Below, one piece after another: positions 51,223 through 61,784 of a stretch of 64,000 nucleotides of DNA; within the stretch, counting starts at the first letter, position 1; every line of letters begins with the position of its first letter. This DNA comes from an uncultured Actinomycetota bacterium (lineage in GTDB: Bacteria > Actinomycetota > Actinomycetes > JAHEKZ01): positions 224,001-288,000 of the forward strand of contig CAVQYR010000002.1 in assembly GCA_963718235.1 (NCBI GenBank), given 5' to 3'. The position numbers were made by a program, and so were the translations under genes. The notes beneath the pieces were generated by a model that was not told the DNA's origin, searched no databases, and saw nothing but the letters and a program-made list of their open reading frames with translations.

Positions 51223-53361
51223 ATGCGCAGCATGCGCGTACCCGCTTTGGTGCTCGGGGTCACCCTGCTCGCCACCTCCTGCGGCATCGCCGTCACGTCC
51301 ATGCGAAGCGCCGCCGATGCAGCCGGTGAGCAGAACACCGAGCTCGTGACCGCAGCCCGAAACACCGAGACCCTCTTCACCGAACAGTTCGAGCGAGCCG
51401 CCGCGGTCACGCTGCTCATGGCCAAGGACAACTCCTACGTCAACTACTTCGGGGTCCCGGGCAGCAACGCCCAGAAGATCGCCAGCGATGTCGCGCCGTT
51501 GCGTGACGTCCGCGACCAGCTCCTGTACGTGCAGACCCTGTTCCCCGGCGCTGTCGGCGAGTCCTGCTTCATCGACATCGGCAACGGCCAAGAGCTCGCC
51601 CGGATCACCAACGGAAGGCCCGCCTTCCCGGCCGAGCTGTCACCGGACGAGTCTCGAGCCCCCTTCTTCGGTCCGGCGGCCAAGCTCCCGTCGGGGTTCG
51701 TCTTCCAGACCGCGCCCTACCTGTCAGAGGACACCGACGAGTGGGTCGTCGGCAACGCCGTGGCTGTGTCGGCCGCTGGCGAGAAGCGTGGTCTCGTCCA
51801 CTTCGAGATGCGCCTGGAGTCGCTCCAGGTGCTGTCCGGAGCCCAGGCCGACGACATGGTCATCCGGTCCGTCGACTCCATGACCGGCCGGGTGATCATG
51901 GACAGCCGGTACCTGCAGGTCGCCGGGACCGAGCTGGGGCGCACCGACGATGCGACGTTTTTGTCGCCCATGAAGACCTGGGACACGTCGGGTCTGGAGC
52001 TGATCGGCGACCAGCAGGTCGCCTACGTGCGGATGAGCCCGTCGAAGGACCTTCAGGCGGTGAACGAGAACGACTGGTTCATCACCGCGTCCGCAGAGAA
52101 GGTCCCCACCGGGCTCCAGGTCGCCCTGACGCCGCTCGTGCTCGGGCTCCTGGCCCTGGCCGTTCCCCTGCTCGTCTACGCGGCGATCTCCTACTTCCAG
52201 CACGGACGGCGGGTCCGGGCCGACCAGCAGCGCATGTCCGTGGAGCGGGACCACCTGGCCGCGCGGCTCACCGACATGTCCGAAGCGCTGGACCGCGCGG
52301 CCGCGGGCGACCTCAGCGTGAGCCTGCCCGTCGACTTCGAGGACGAGCGCATGGCGGTGCTCGCCACCTCCTTCGACTCGACCCTGGCGCGGCTGCGGTC
52401 CCTGGTCGGCCAGGCGCAGGACAACGGGGTGCGCCTGTCGCAGGCAGCAAGCCAGCTGCGCGCCACATCGACCCAGCAGGCCAGCTCGGCGACCGAGCAG
52501 TCGGCGGTCGTGACCGAGACCACCGCGACGATCGAGGAGCTTGCGGCAACCGCGGCTCAGATCGCCGAGACGGCGCAGAGCGTGGCCCGGGTCGCCCAAG
52601 ACACGTTGGCGCTCACCGACGAAGGTCGCGGCGCGGTGCGCGACTCGGTCGCTGCGATGGAGCGGATCACCACGAAGGTCGACTCGATCGCCTCCAACAC
52701 CGCCGGTCTCGGCGAGAAGATCAACGAGGTGGGTCGGATCCTCGACATGATCGACGAGCTCAGCGAGCAGACGAACCTGCTGGCGCTCAACGCAGCCATC
52801 GAGGCGGCACGTGCGGGAGAGCACGGCCGTGGTTTCGCCGTGGTGGCCTCCGAGGTGCGCAAGCTGGCCGAGCGTGCGCAGCAGTCCACCGCGCAGATCC
52901 AGGGGATCGTCACCGAGATCCAGGCCCACACCCGATCGACGGTGGTGGCGTCGGAGGAGGGGGCGCGGGAGGCGGCGCACGGCGCGGCCCTGGCCACCGG
53001 CGCGGTCCACGCACTCGACCGGATCGCCTCGATGGTCGACGAGGCGACCCAGGCGGTGGAGGAGATCAGCATCGCCACCCAGCAGCAGCGGTCGGCGTCG
53101 GACCAGGTGGTCGTGGCCATGACCCAGGTGTCAGAGGTGTCACGCCAGTACGCGGCCGGGTCGAAGCAGACCTCGTCGGCGGCGACCGAGATCTCCGGGC
53201 TCGCGGGCGCGATGCAGCGTTCGATCTCCTCGTTCAACACCGAGGCCGAAGCCGTGCCCGATGCTGACGACGACATGCTGCCTGACGGTGAGTTCGATGC
53301 CGCCGAGCTGTTCGTCCACGACGACTCGACGCCGGAACGCCAGGAGACCAGCCGCCGCTGA
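51223..53361 (+). CDS. Methyl-accepting chemotaxis protein (extracellular Cache-like sensor, HAMP, MCP signal)
   Basis: [38 protein letters not shown]; two TM segments. Confidence 0.93.
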   Translation: MRSMRVPALVLGVTLLATSCGIAVTSMRSAADAAGEQNTELVTAARNTETLFTEQFERAAAVTLLMAKDNSYVNYFGVPGSNAQKIASDVAPLRDVRDQLLYVQTLFPGAVGESCFIDIGNGQELARITNGRPAFPAELSPDESRAPFFGPAAKLPSGFVFQTAPYLSEDTDEWVVGNAVAVSAAGEKRGLVHFEMRLESLQVLSGAQADDMVIRSVDSMTGRVIMDSRYLQVAGTELGRTDDATFLSPMKTWDTSGLELIGDQQVAYVRMSPSKDLQAVNENDWFITASAEKVPTGLQVALTPLVLGLLALAVPLLVYAAISYFQHGRRVRADQQRMSVERDHLAARLTDMSEALDRAAAGDLSVSLPVDFEDERMAVLATSFDSTLARLRSLVGQAQDNGVRLSQAASQLRATSTQQASSATEQSAVVTETTATIEELAATAAQIAETAQSVARVAQDTLALTDEGRGAVRDSVAAMERITTKVDSIASNTAGLGEKINEVGRILDMIDELSEQTNLLALNAAIEAARAGEHGRGFAVVASEVRKLAERAQQSTAQIQGIVTEIQAHTRSTVVASEEGAREAAHGAALATGAVHALDRIASMVDEATQAVEEISIATQQQRSASDQVVVAMTQVSEVSRQYAAGSKQTSSAATEISGLAGAMQRSISSFNTEAEAVPDADDDMLPDGEFDAAELFVHDDSTPERQETSRR

Positions 53362-53449
53362 ACTCCGCGTGACGCACGACCCGGGCAGTCAGCAGTACCC
53401 GTGTGGGCGGCAAGATCCCTCCCGTGCCGGACATGTGCGTGACGTGACG

Positions 53450-54025
53450 ATGACCGGAGGCGTCTCGGGGCAGCCGATGGACGAGGAGGGGTTTGAGCAG
53501 CTCTTCGCCAGCCACTTCCCAGACGTGTGGCGGTTCGCACGGCGCCGGACGGCCACGACAGAGGACGCCGATGACGTGACAGCCGAGACGTTCGCCGTCG
53601 CCTGGCGCCGACGCGGTGAGGTCCCCGCAGCCGAAGCCCGCCCCTGGCTGTTCGGCGTGGCTCGCAACGTCTTGTCGAACCACTGGCGATCAGGTGAGCG
53701 GCGCACTCGGCTCCAGTCGCGGCTGGTCGAGTCGGCGCTCACGTGGTCGGAAGTCGCCGAAGACCGAATCCAAGAGAAGACGTTGTGGCTGGCCCTCGCA
53801 TCGCTGTCCGAGGACGACCGCGACTTGTTGATCATGCGGGCGTGGGACGAGCTGGCCGTGACCGAGATCGCTGCGGTCTTGGGCTGTACGCCCAACGCTG
53901 CGTCATCACGACTTCACAAGGCCCGGCGACGACTGGCCGCCGAGCTCCAGCGACAAGAAGCAGGCTCTGACGGACATGTAGTGGTGAATCCCCGACTCAC
54001 CGAGAGGAGCGATCGTGAGCACTAG
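53450..54025 (+). CDS. ECF sigma-70 factor
   Basis: DADDVTAETFAVAWRR, WLFGVARN and EIAAVLGCT..SRLHKARRRL motifs. Confidence 0.9.
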   Translation: MTGGVSGQPMDEEGFEQLFASHFPDVWRFARRRTATTEDADDVTAETFAVAWRRRGEVPAAEARPWLFGVARNVLSNHWRSGERRTRLQSRLVESALTWSEVAEDRIQEKTLWLALASLSEDDRDLLIMRAWDELAVTEIAAVLGCTPNAASSRLHKARRRLAAELQRQEAGSDGHVVVNPRLTERSDREH

Positions 54026-54908
54026 CGACGAAGAGCTGCAAGACCGCTTGAGTGGCCTCGATCCCACCGTCGGCGACGGACCACCGAGTACGGGATCAGC
54101 GCGCTACGCTTCGATTCTGGAGCAAGCCATGAGCAGCGACACGCACGTATCACCGGTGGCCGCAACATCCGATCGTGAGTCAAGTGACCGACGCGCTTGG
54201 CGTCGTCGAGGGTCCTGGCGCTACGTGGCGGCGGCCGCGGCTGTGGCGGCCGGCATCTTCGCGTTCACGACATTCACCCCGGGCCAGGCACCGAGTGCGG
54301 AGGCCGCTGTTGCGGCCGCGGCAGCCAACACCGGCGAGGCCACCAGCCTGCGCGTGGACTACGAACGCCCCAACGGCATCGACGCCGGTTCTTTCCAGGG
54401 CGAGTTCAGCGATGGCAACGCTCATCTGATCGGTGTGTACGCCGACGGGGACGTGCAGTCCAGGGAGTTCGAGTCGACCATCATCGGCAACACCAGGTAT
54501 GACGAGCTGGACGACAACGGCAAGATCCTCACGTCCACCATGAGAGCCGAGGGTCTCGAGGCCTTCGCCCCGTTCGCCGAGTCTGCGCAGAGTGTCATCA
54601 CGGCGGTGCTCGCTAGCGGCGGAACCACCGCGGTGGGCACAGAGAAGGTCCGGGACATGGAGGCGACCCGCTACACGACGCGACTCGACGATGAGGGGCG
54701 GGCGAGCCTCAAGGACCTTCCTGTTGGACAGTTGCAGTGGTTCGGACTCGACCTCACCGACTCGGTCACCCGCGTCGATGTGTGGGTAGCTGGCGGGCTC
54801 ATCCGCAAGATGGTGGTGCAGTACGACACGCCTGGGGGTGGCGACACTGCGACAACCGAGTTCTACGACTTCGGTGCGGACATCACCATCAGCGCTCCGG
54901 GCAGGTAG
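54015..54908 (+). CDS. Putative anti-sigma factor (single TM, LppX/LolA-like extracytoplasmic domain)
   Basis: Overlaps the sigma gene; RRR-TM segment; C-terminal DVWVAGGLIRKM..FYDFGADITISAP. Confidence 0.65.
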   Translation: MSTSDEELQDRLSGLDPTVGDGPPSTGSARYASILEQAMSSDTHVSPVAATSDRESSDRRAWRRRGSWRYVAAAAAVAAGIFAFTTFTPGQAPSAEAAVAAAAANTGEATSLRVDYERPNGIDAGSFQGEFSDGNAHLIGVYADGDVQSREFESTIIGNTRYDELDDNGKILTSTMRAEGLEAFAPFAESAQSVITAVLASGGTTAVGTEKVRDMEATRYTTRLDDEGRASLKDLPVGQLQWFGLDLTDSVTRVDVWVAGGLIRKMVVQYDTPGGGDTATTEFYDFGADITISAPGR

Positions 54909-54938
54909 TCGAGTCGGGGTTGTGGACGGCGGCAGGTG

Positions 54939-54975
54939 TGTCGGTCGGGACGACTAGAATCGAACGTATGTTCGA
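54939..54975 (+). promoter_or_regulatory. PafBC-type (RecA-NDp) promoter plus LexA SOS box
   Basis: TGTCGG-N10-TAGAAT at 54939-54960 and TCGAAC-GTAT-GTTCGA at 54960-54975, overlapping ATG 54968. Confidence 0.85.
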
Positions 54976-56447
54976 ACACCCGGTTGACCTCCCCACCGAC
55001 GTCGGTGGTGTCGCGCCCGCGGACCCGCTGGCTGACTGGGGCTGCGCCGGGATCGAGCGGGTCGAGTCGGCGCAGTCGGCTGGGTCGGCCGGGTCGGGGT
55101 GGGCCGCTGAGTCTGGAGAGTGGTTGGCGGGGTGGGAGTCGCAGGTGGTCGGGGTCGATGACGACGCGTTGGCTGCTCACGCGTTGACCGTGTCTGCGGG
55201 GGCGGGTCTGGCCGCGGTGTTGGGCCGGATCGATGTGTCGGGGTTGTCCGGGTCGGGCCGGTTGGACTTCTTGCAGGCCTGTGAGCGGATGGCGGCCTGG
55301 ACCGCGGCGTTGGCGTTGTCCCCGCTGGTCGACCACGTCGGCCGCGAAGACGTGGTGCGGGCGCTGGGTGATGATGGCGCGCACTACCGCCAACGCGGTG
55401 AGGTGGCCGAGCTGGCGGTGCTGCTGGGCCAGTCGGAGAACCTCGTGCGTGACCGGATCTGGGTGGCCGCTGAGCTGACCGGGCGGTTGGCCGCCACCGG
55501 TGATGCCCTGGCCGATGGGTGCTTGTCCTACTGGCATGCCCGGGTGTTGGTCGAGGCGGTGGCCGGGTTGGACGACGACCAGGCTGCGGCGGTGCAGGCG
55601 CGGGTGTTGGCCAAGGCCCCGGGTCGCACCCTGACCGGGTTCCGCCGGGTCTGCCGGGCCGCGGTCGTGCGGGTCGACGCCGACGCGGTGGTCCGCCGCC
55701 ACCACCAGGCCGCCACCCAACGCGGCGTGCGGTGGTGGCCCACCGACGACGGGATGGCCCGACTGTGCGTGGACGCCCCCGCCCCCGACGTGCAAGCCAT
55801 CCACGCCGCGCTACGGATCCTGGCTGGAGCCCACCAGAGCGACGACCCCCGCACCCTGGGTGCCCGGATGTCCGACGCGCTGCTGGGCTTGTGCCTGACC
55901 GCGGTGAACCCCGACGAAACCGACCACGTGCGCACCGCGCGGCCGCCGACGTCGCCGCCGGTGCAGGCGCAGATCGTGGTCGACCTGCCCACCCTGTTCG
56001 GCACTAGCGCAGCACCCGGGGGTGCTGCGCGGCTACGGGCCGATCCCCGCCGGGCTGGCCCGCGAGTGGCTGACGCAGGCCACCACCTGGGCTCGGCTGG
56101 TCACCGACCCGGTCACCGGGCACCTGCTCGACTACGGACCCACCGTGCGGTTCGCCCCCCACCCGCTGCGCCGGTTCATCACCACCCGCGACCAGACCTG
56201 CCGCTTCCCCCACTGCCGGGCACCTGCCCAGCACGCCGAGATCGACCACCACCCCCCATGGCGCCACGACGGCACCGGCGGACACACCAGCGCGCGTGAC
56301 ACCCACGCCCTGTGTGCCCACCACCACCACCTGAAGACCCACGGCGGATGGACCATCCACCACCGCGACCACGCCCACACCGTGTGGGCCAGCCCCAACG
56401 GCCGACTCATCACCACCCAGACCCCACCCGCCCTGAGCCCCGACTGA
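54968..56447 (+). CDS. DUF222-HNH endonuclease (13E12-repeat-like), frameshifted near 56003
   Basis: RGVRWWPTDDGMARL, DPRTLGARMSDAL, GYGPIPA, RLVTDPVTG and RDQTCRFPHC..EIDH..LCAHHHHLKT motifs. Confidence 0.85.
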
Positions 56448-56520
56448 ATCGGGCCCGGGGTTCACTCGTCGGTCTCGTCCCCACGGCCGTAGCGCGGTAG
56501 TGCGCCGCTAGGGTCGGTCC

Positions 56521-57666
56521 GTGGCTGATCACGGATTCGAGACGTTGGCGCTGCACGCTGGTCAGGAACCCGACCCGCTGACCGGGTCGGTGGTCCCGCC
56601 GATCTACCAGGTGTCCACGTACGCCCAGGACGGCGTCGGCGGGCTTCGCGGCGGGTACGAGTACAGCCGGTCGGGCAACCCGACTCGGCACGCGCTGGAG
56701 GTGTGTCTCGCCGCGCTGGAGGGCGGAACCCATGGGTTCGCCTTCGCCAGCGGCCTCGCGGCCGAGGACACCGTGCTGCGCGCCGTGTGCGCGCCGGGCG
56801 ACCATGTCGTGATCCCCGACGACGCCTATGGCGGCACCTATCGGCTCTTCGCCGCAGTGATGGCGCGCTGGGGCGTGGAGTGGAGCTCGGCCCGCCTCTC
56901 CGACGTCGAGTCGGTGCGGGCGGCGATGCGTCCCAACACCAAGGTCGTCTGGGCCGAGACGCCGACCAACCCCCTGCTGAGCATCGCCGACATCGCGGCC
57001 CTGGCCGACGTCGCTCACGCAGGCGGCGCGCTGCTCGTCGTCGACAACACGTTCGCATCGCCCTACCTGCAGCAGCCGCTGCGGCTCGGTGCCGACGCGG
57101 TCGTGCACTCGACGACCAAGTACATCGGTGGGCACAGCGACGTCATCGGTGGCGCCGTCGTCGTCGGTGAGCCGGCGCTGGCCGAGCAGGTCGGCTACCA
57201 CCAGAACGCGATGGGTGCCGTCGCCGGACCGTTCGACTCCTGGGTGACGTTGCGGGGGATCAAGACCCTGGCTGTTCGGATGGATCGCCACTCCAGCAAC
57301 GCTGCGGCCGTGGTCGACCTGCTCGAGCGCCACCCGCGGGTGACCCAGGTGTTCTACCCGGGTCTGGTCGACCACCCCAACCACGACGTCGCGGCGCGGC
57401 AGATGAGCCAGTTCGGGGGAATGGTGTCCTTCCGGGTCGCCGGCGGTGAGGACGCCGCCCTCGGCGTGGTGAACGCGGCCCGGCTGTTCACCCTGGCCGA
57501 GTCGCTGGGTGGCGTCGAGTCACTGATCGAGCACCCGGGTCGGATGACTCATGCGTCGGCGGCCGGGAGCCCCCTCGAGGTGCCAGCCGACCTGGTCCGG
57601 CTCAGCGTCGGGATCGAGACCGTCGACGACCTCCTGGCCGACCTCGAGCAAGCCCTGGGTCACTGA
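56521..57666 (+). CDS. metB: Cystathionine gamma-synthase/lyase
   Basis: YSRSGNPTR, ETPTNP, VDNTF, HSTTKYIGGHSD and AESLGGVESL motifs. Confidence 0.93.
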   Translation: MADHGFETLALHAGQEPDPLTGSVVPPIYQVSTYAQDGVGGLRGGYEYSRSGNPTRHALEVCLAALEGGTHGFAFASGLAAEDTVLRAVCAPGDHVVIPDDAYGGTYRLFAAVMARWGVEWSSARLSDVESVRAAMRPNTKVVWAETPTNPLLSIADIAALADVAHAGGALLVVDNTFASPYLQQPLRLGADAVVHSTTKYIGGHSDVIGGAVVVGEPALAEQVGYHQNAMGAVAGPFDSWVTLRGIKTLAVRMDRHSSNAAAVVDLLERHPRVTQVFYPGLVDHPNHDVAARQMSQFGGMVSFRVAGGEDAALGVVNAARLFTLAESLGGVESLIEHPGRMTHASAAGSPLEVPADLVRLSVGIETVDDLLADLEQALGH

Positions 57667-57699
57667 CGAGGGCCGGTGGAGCGGACGGCGAGCAGCGGC

Positions 57700-59103
57700 A
57701 TGTCTGAGGTCGTGGTGTGCGTGGATTTCGGGTCCACCTTCACCAAGGCCGTAGCCGTCGACGTCGAGGACGGAAGGCTCCTGGCCGGTGCGTCGCACCG
57801 CACGACCATCGACACCGACGTCGCCGACGGTCTCGACGCGGTGCTGGAGCGGCTTCGGACGACGCTTCCCGACAGTGACCTGTCCAACCTACGGGCCTGC
57901 TCGTCGGCCGGGGGAGGGCTGCGACTCGCCGTCGTCGGCTACGAGCGGGCGGTCACGGCCGAGGCCGGCTACCGCGTGGGTCTGTCGGCGGGCTCTCGGG
58001 TCGTCCACGTCAGCAGCGGCGCCCTCTCGTCCCCCGACCTCGTCGCGCTGGCCGAGGCACGCCCCGACGTGGTCCTGCTGGTGGGCGGCACCGACGGCGG
58101 CAACGCCGAGGTGCTCGTCGGGAACGCCCGCATGCTTGCCAAGGCGGGTCCGGCAGTCCCGGTGGTCGCTGCAGGGAACGCCGACGCACATGATCAGGTC
58201 GTACGCATCCTGCGCAACGGCGGAGTCCAGGTGTCGTCGACGGCGAACGTCCTGCCGCGGATCGGCGTTCTTGCACCGACGCCTGCGCGGGAGGCCATCC
58301 GCGAGGTCTTCATCCGGCACGTGATCGGTGGAAAGCATCTCTCGCAGCGCACCGACCTGTCCACGTTCGTGCGCGCTGCGACCCCGGACGCGGTTCTCGC
58401 CGGTGTCGAGCTGCTGGCCGACGGTTGGGTCGACGACGGCTCGTCCACCCCAGGCGTGGGCGACGTCGTCCTGGTCGACGTCGGGGGAGCCACCACCGAC
58501 GTCTACTCGGTGGTCACGCCGGACGAGGAGTCCGAGGTGCACCGGGAGGTCGTCGAGACCCTGTGGCGCAGCCGCACCGTCGAGGGCGACCTCGGAGTGC
58601 GCTGGAACGCCGTCGGCATCGTCGATGCCGCCGTGAAGGAGCGACTGGTCGACGACGACGAGGCCGCTCTCCTGCGACCGGCTGCCGAGCGCCGAGCGGC
58701 GGAGCCCGGTCTGCTCCCCACTGACGAGCAGGAGGCGGCGGTCGACGTCCGACTCGCCACCTTGGCCGTGACCGCCGCGCTGCGCCGCCATGCCAGACCA
58801 AGCGACGAGGGCGGCGTGCGTCAGCCGGGCAAGGACCTGCGGCGCGTGCGGCTCGTGGTTGGCTCCGGCGGGGTCTTTCGGCACGGGTCACCGGATGCGG
58901 TGCAGACCATGCTGACGCCCGCGGTCACCGACCTGGCCGGCGGATGGCGTCTTCCGGAGCACCCGTCGACGGCGATCGACCTGCACTACGTGATGGCGGC
59001 GGCCGGGCTGCTGGTCGGCGACTACCCCCGCACCGCAGCGCGCCTGCTCAGCACGGCGCTTCTCGGGAAACCTGGCAGCCGGGAGTCGACGCCTCTAGGG
59101 TGA
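57700..59103 (+). CDS. GlmL (glutamate mutase L) family ATPase
   Basis: DFGSTFTK, CSSAGGGLR, GGTDGGN, DVGGATTDVYS and RTVEGDLG motifs. Confidence 0.88.
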   Translation: MSEVVVCVDFGSTFTKAVAVDVEDGRLLAGASHRTTIDTDVADGLDAVLERLRTTLPDSDLSNLRACSSAGGGLRLAVVGYERAVTAEAGYRVGLSAGSRVVHVSSGALSSPDLVALAEARPDVVLLVGGTDGGNAEVLVGNARMLAKAGPAVPVVAAGNADAHDQVVRILRNGGVQVSSTANVLPRIGVLAPTPAREAIREVFIRHVIGGKHLSQRTDLSTFVRAATPDAVLAGVELLADGWVDDGSSTPGVGDVVLVDVGGATTDVYSVVTPDEESEVHREVVETLWRSRTVEGDLGVRWNAVGIVDAAVKERLVDDDEAALLRPAAERRAAEPGLLPTDEQEAAVDVRLATLAVTAALRRHARPSDEGGVRQPGKDLRRVRLVVGSGGVFRHGSPDAVQTMLTPAVTDLAGGWRLPEHPSTAIDLHYVMAAAGLLVGDYPRTAARLLSTALLGKPGSRESTPLG

Positions 59104-59108
59104 CCGAC

Positions 59109-60482
59109 ATGGCGGTGGTCCAGCGCACGCCGAGCAGCCCGAGCTCCGCGACAGCCCTGGCGGCAGCCGTGCGGGACGGTGCGTACGACCCGGTCCGAGC
59201 GGTGGCCGCCAGCCTGGACCGGATCCGCCGCGGTGACCCCTTCGTGGGCGCCTTCGTGGCGCTTCGGGCCGAGGAGGCGATGGCCGAGGCCGCGCAGCTG
59301 GCCCGAAGGGACGACCTGGCCGACCTCCCGATGGCCGGTGTCCCCGTCGCAGTCAAGGACAACGTGGCCGTCGCCGGGCAGGTGATGGGTGAAGGCGCGC
59401 AGCCACGCGTGGGCCAGACACAGGACGTCGACCACCCGGTCGTCGCCCGGCTGCGTGCGGCCGGAGCCGTCGTGGTCGGGATAACCCGACTCCCGGAGTT
59501 CGGCCTGTGGGCCACCACCGACGACCCGGACGTCGTGACGCGGTGCCCGACCGCTCCTGAGTGGTCGGCCAGCGGATCGTCCGGCGGGAGTGCCGCTGCG
59601 GTTGCGGCCGGTTTCGTCCCCGTCGCGCACGGCAACGACGGGCTCGGCTCGATCCGCAACCCGGCCTCGGCCTGCGGCGTCGTCGGCCTCAAGCCGGGAC
59701 GGGGTGTGGTTCCTCGCGCGCTCGGAGCGCAGAGCTGGTTCGGCATGGCCGACAACGGCGCGCTGGGCGCCACCGTCGCCGACGTCGCGCTGATCCTGTC
59801 GGTCATGGCCGACGACCCCTCGCTGAGCGCGGTGGCCGAGCCCTCGGCTCCTTTGCGGGTGGCGGCATCGGTCAAGCCTCCTCTTCAGGGCAGCCGCACC
59901 GACGCTGACATCTCGCGTTCGGTCTTCGCCCTCGCTGCGCTCCTTCGAGACCAGGGCCACACGGTGGAGCGCGGCCAACCGACCTACCCCTCCCAGCTGG
60001 GGCTGTTCGGCACCATGCGGTGGGCCGCGGCCGCCGCCGAGGGAGTTGACTCCGCGGCCGACCCGGAGTCGCTGCAGCCTCGTACGCTCGGCATGGCCGG
60101 CCTCGGACGTCGGCTGCGCCCACTCATCAAGGACGAACAGCTCGACAAGGTGCGCGCGAGGTGCGAGCAGTTCTTCGAGCAGCACGACCTGCTCGTCACC
60201 CCGGTGTTCGCCAAGCCGGCGCTGCCGGCCGAGCGGTGGAGCACGCGCTCGTGGACGGTCAACGTGCGCAGCAACCTGGCCTACAGCGCGGGGTTCGCCG
60301 GCGTCTGGAACCTGGCCGGGTTCCCAGCCCTGTCGGTGCCGTTCGGCACGCACCCGGAGACCGGCACGCCCATCGGGGTGCAGCTGGTCGCCGGGCCCGG
60401 CGGCGAGTCCCTGCTGCTGGGCGTGGCGGCGTTGGTCGAACGACTAAGGCCGTGGGCCCTGCCCGGGCTGCGGCTCGACTGA
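59109..60482 (+). CDS. Amidase signature family protein
   Basis: GVPVAVKDN, SGSSGGSAAAVA and GNDGLGSIRNPA motifs; TAGGGT -10 at 59096. Confidence 0.9.
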   Translation: MAVVQRTPSSPSSATALAAAVRDGAYDPVRAVAASLDRIRRGDPFVGAFVALRAEEAMAEAAQLARRDDLADLPMAGVPVAVKDNVAVAGQVMGEGAQPRVGQTQDVDHPVVARLRAAGAVVVGITRLPEFGLWATTDDPDVVTRCPTAPEWSASGSSGGSAAAVAAGFVPVAHGNDGLGSIRNPASACGVVGLKPGRGVVPRALGAQSWFGMADNGALGATVADVALILSVMADDPSLSAVAEPSAPLRVAASVKPPLQGSRTDADISRSVFALAALLRDQGHTVERGQPTYPSQLGLFGTMRWAAAAAEGVDSAADPESLQPRTLGMAGLGRRLRPLIKDEQLDKVRARCEQFFEQHDLLVTPVFAKPALPAERWSTRSWTVNVRSNLAYSAGFAGVWNLAGFPALSVPFGTHPETGTPIGVQLVAGPGGESLLLGVAALVERLRPWALPGLRLD

Positions 60483-61748
60483 GCCCTCGCTGGCTGCAGC
60501 GTCGGCCGCGCGAGACGACCCGTCCGCCCGGCCCAGCGTCTCCGGCATCGTCGCGGCAAGCACGACACCGATGCCGGCAACGCCTGCGGATGCGGCGAAC
60601 GCCACGGAGTACGAGGACAGGTCCGAGAGCCAGCCGGCCATCAAGGGGCCGACCACGGCTCCGAGGTCCGACGCCATCTGGAACACCGAGATGGCCGTGC
60701 CCCCCCGCCCGTGGATCACGTCGCCCACCACGGCCGTGCTGGCTGTGCCCAGGAAGGCGGAGCCGACTCCGAACGTGGCCATGGCCAGCAGGTAGGCCCA
60801 CGGCTGCTCGATGGCGGCGAGCAGGACGAAACTGACCATCACCATCACAGCTCCGAGGGTGAGCGCGCCCCGTCGTCCGCGGAGGTCGGCGAGCCGCCCC
60901 GCCGGGATCAGCATCAGGCCCTGGGTCAGCGTCGACACCAGCAGCCCGACGCCGACCCAGCCAGGCCCCAGGCCGAGGCCCTCGACGACGAACAGCGGCA
61001 GCAGCGACATCCGAAGACCGAACAGCCCCCAACCGGTCGCGAAGCTGTTGGCGACCGCCGCGAGGTAGGCGCGTGACCGCAGTGCGGTCAGCACCGACGT
61101 CGGAGGCTCCAGGGTGCCGACCCTCTGCTCACGCTCGTGCAGCCGTGAGCCGGACAGGAAGACCAGTCCGATCGCGCCGGCGACCAGCAGGGTCGCGGCG
61201 TAGACGAAGAACGGCAGCCGGTAGGAGATGCTGGTGAGCAGCCCCCCGAACAGTGGCCCGGTGATGCCGCCGATGAGGAAACCGCTCTGGAAGGCTCCGC
61301 TGGCCCGCGCTCGTTGCTGGGGCTCCACCACGCGCAGCAGCAGGGCGGCCGCCGACACGGTGAACATCGCCGAACCGATCCCACCGGCACCGCGCAGGAT
61401 GAGCAGCTGCCAGAACGAGCCGGCCAGACCGGCCAGAGCGCTGCTGGTCGCGACGATCCCCATGCCGGTCGCCAGCACGATGCGCTCACCGGACCGGTTG
61501 ACGAGCCACCCGGCGAAGGGGGACGAGACGAAGCGCATCGCCGCGAACACCGCGATGACCGCTCCGGCCAGGAAGTCCGAGGCGCCGAACGTCTTCGCAT
61601 ACAGCGCGATGGCCGGCGCCACGATGCCGAACCCGAGCGCGACCGCGAAGGCGATCGAGGTGAGGACCCACACCTCGCGCGGCTGGCCGCCGAGGACGCG
61701 GTCCAGCGCGTTCGTCGGGCGGGGGCTGGACGGGGGCACGACGGGCAT
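60444..61748 (-). CDS. MFS transporter
   Basis: About 12 TM segments; GRLADLRGRR motif. Confidence 0.9.
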   Translation of the reverse strand: MPVVPPSSPRPTNALDRVLGGQPREVWVLTSIAFAVALGFGIVAPAIALYAKTFGASDFLAGAVIAVFAAMRFVSSPFAGWLVNRSGERIVLATGMGIVATSSALAGLAGSFWQLLILRGAGGIGSAMFTVSAAALLLRVVEPQQRARASGAFQSGFLIGGITGPLFGGLLTSISYRLPFFVYAATLLVAGAIGLVFLSGSRLHEREQRVGTLEPPTSVLTALRSRAYLAAVANSFATGWGLFGLRMSLLPLFVVEGLGLGPGWVGVGLLVSTLTQGLMLIPAGRLADLRGRRGALTLGAVMVMVSFVLLAAIEQPWAYLLAMATFGVGSAFLGTASTAVVGDVIHGRGGTAISVFQMASDLGAVVGPLMAGWLSDLSSYSVAFAASAGVAGIGVVLAATMPETLGRADGSSRAADAAASEGSVEPQPGQGPRP

Positions 61749-61784
61749 CCTCTCACTGGGTTGACCGCCGGGGGTCGCACCCGG

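Noticed and set aside
60444-60482. 39-bp convergent overlap of the amidase and MFS genes
   Set aside because: Short tail-to-tail overlaps are common in GC-rich genomes.
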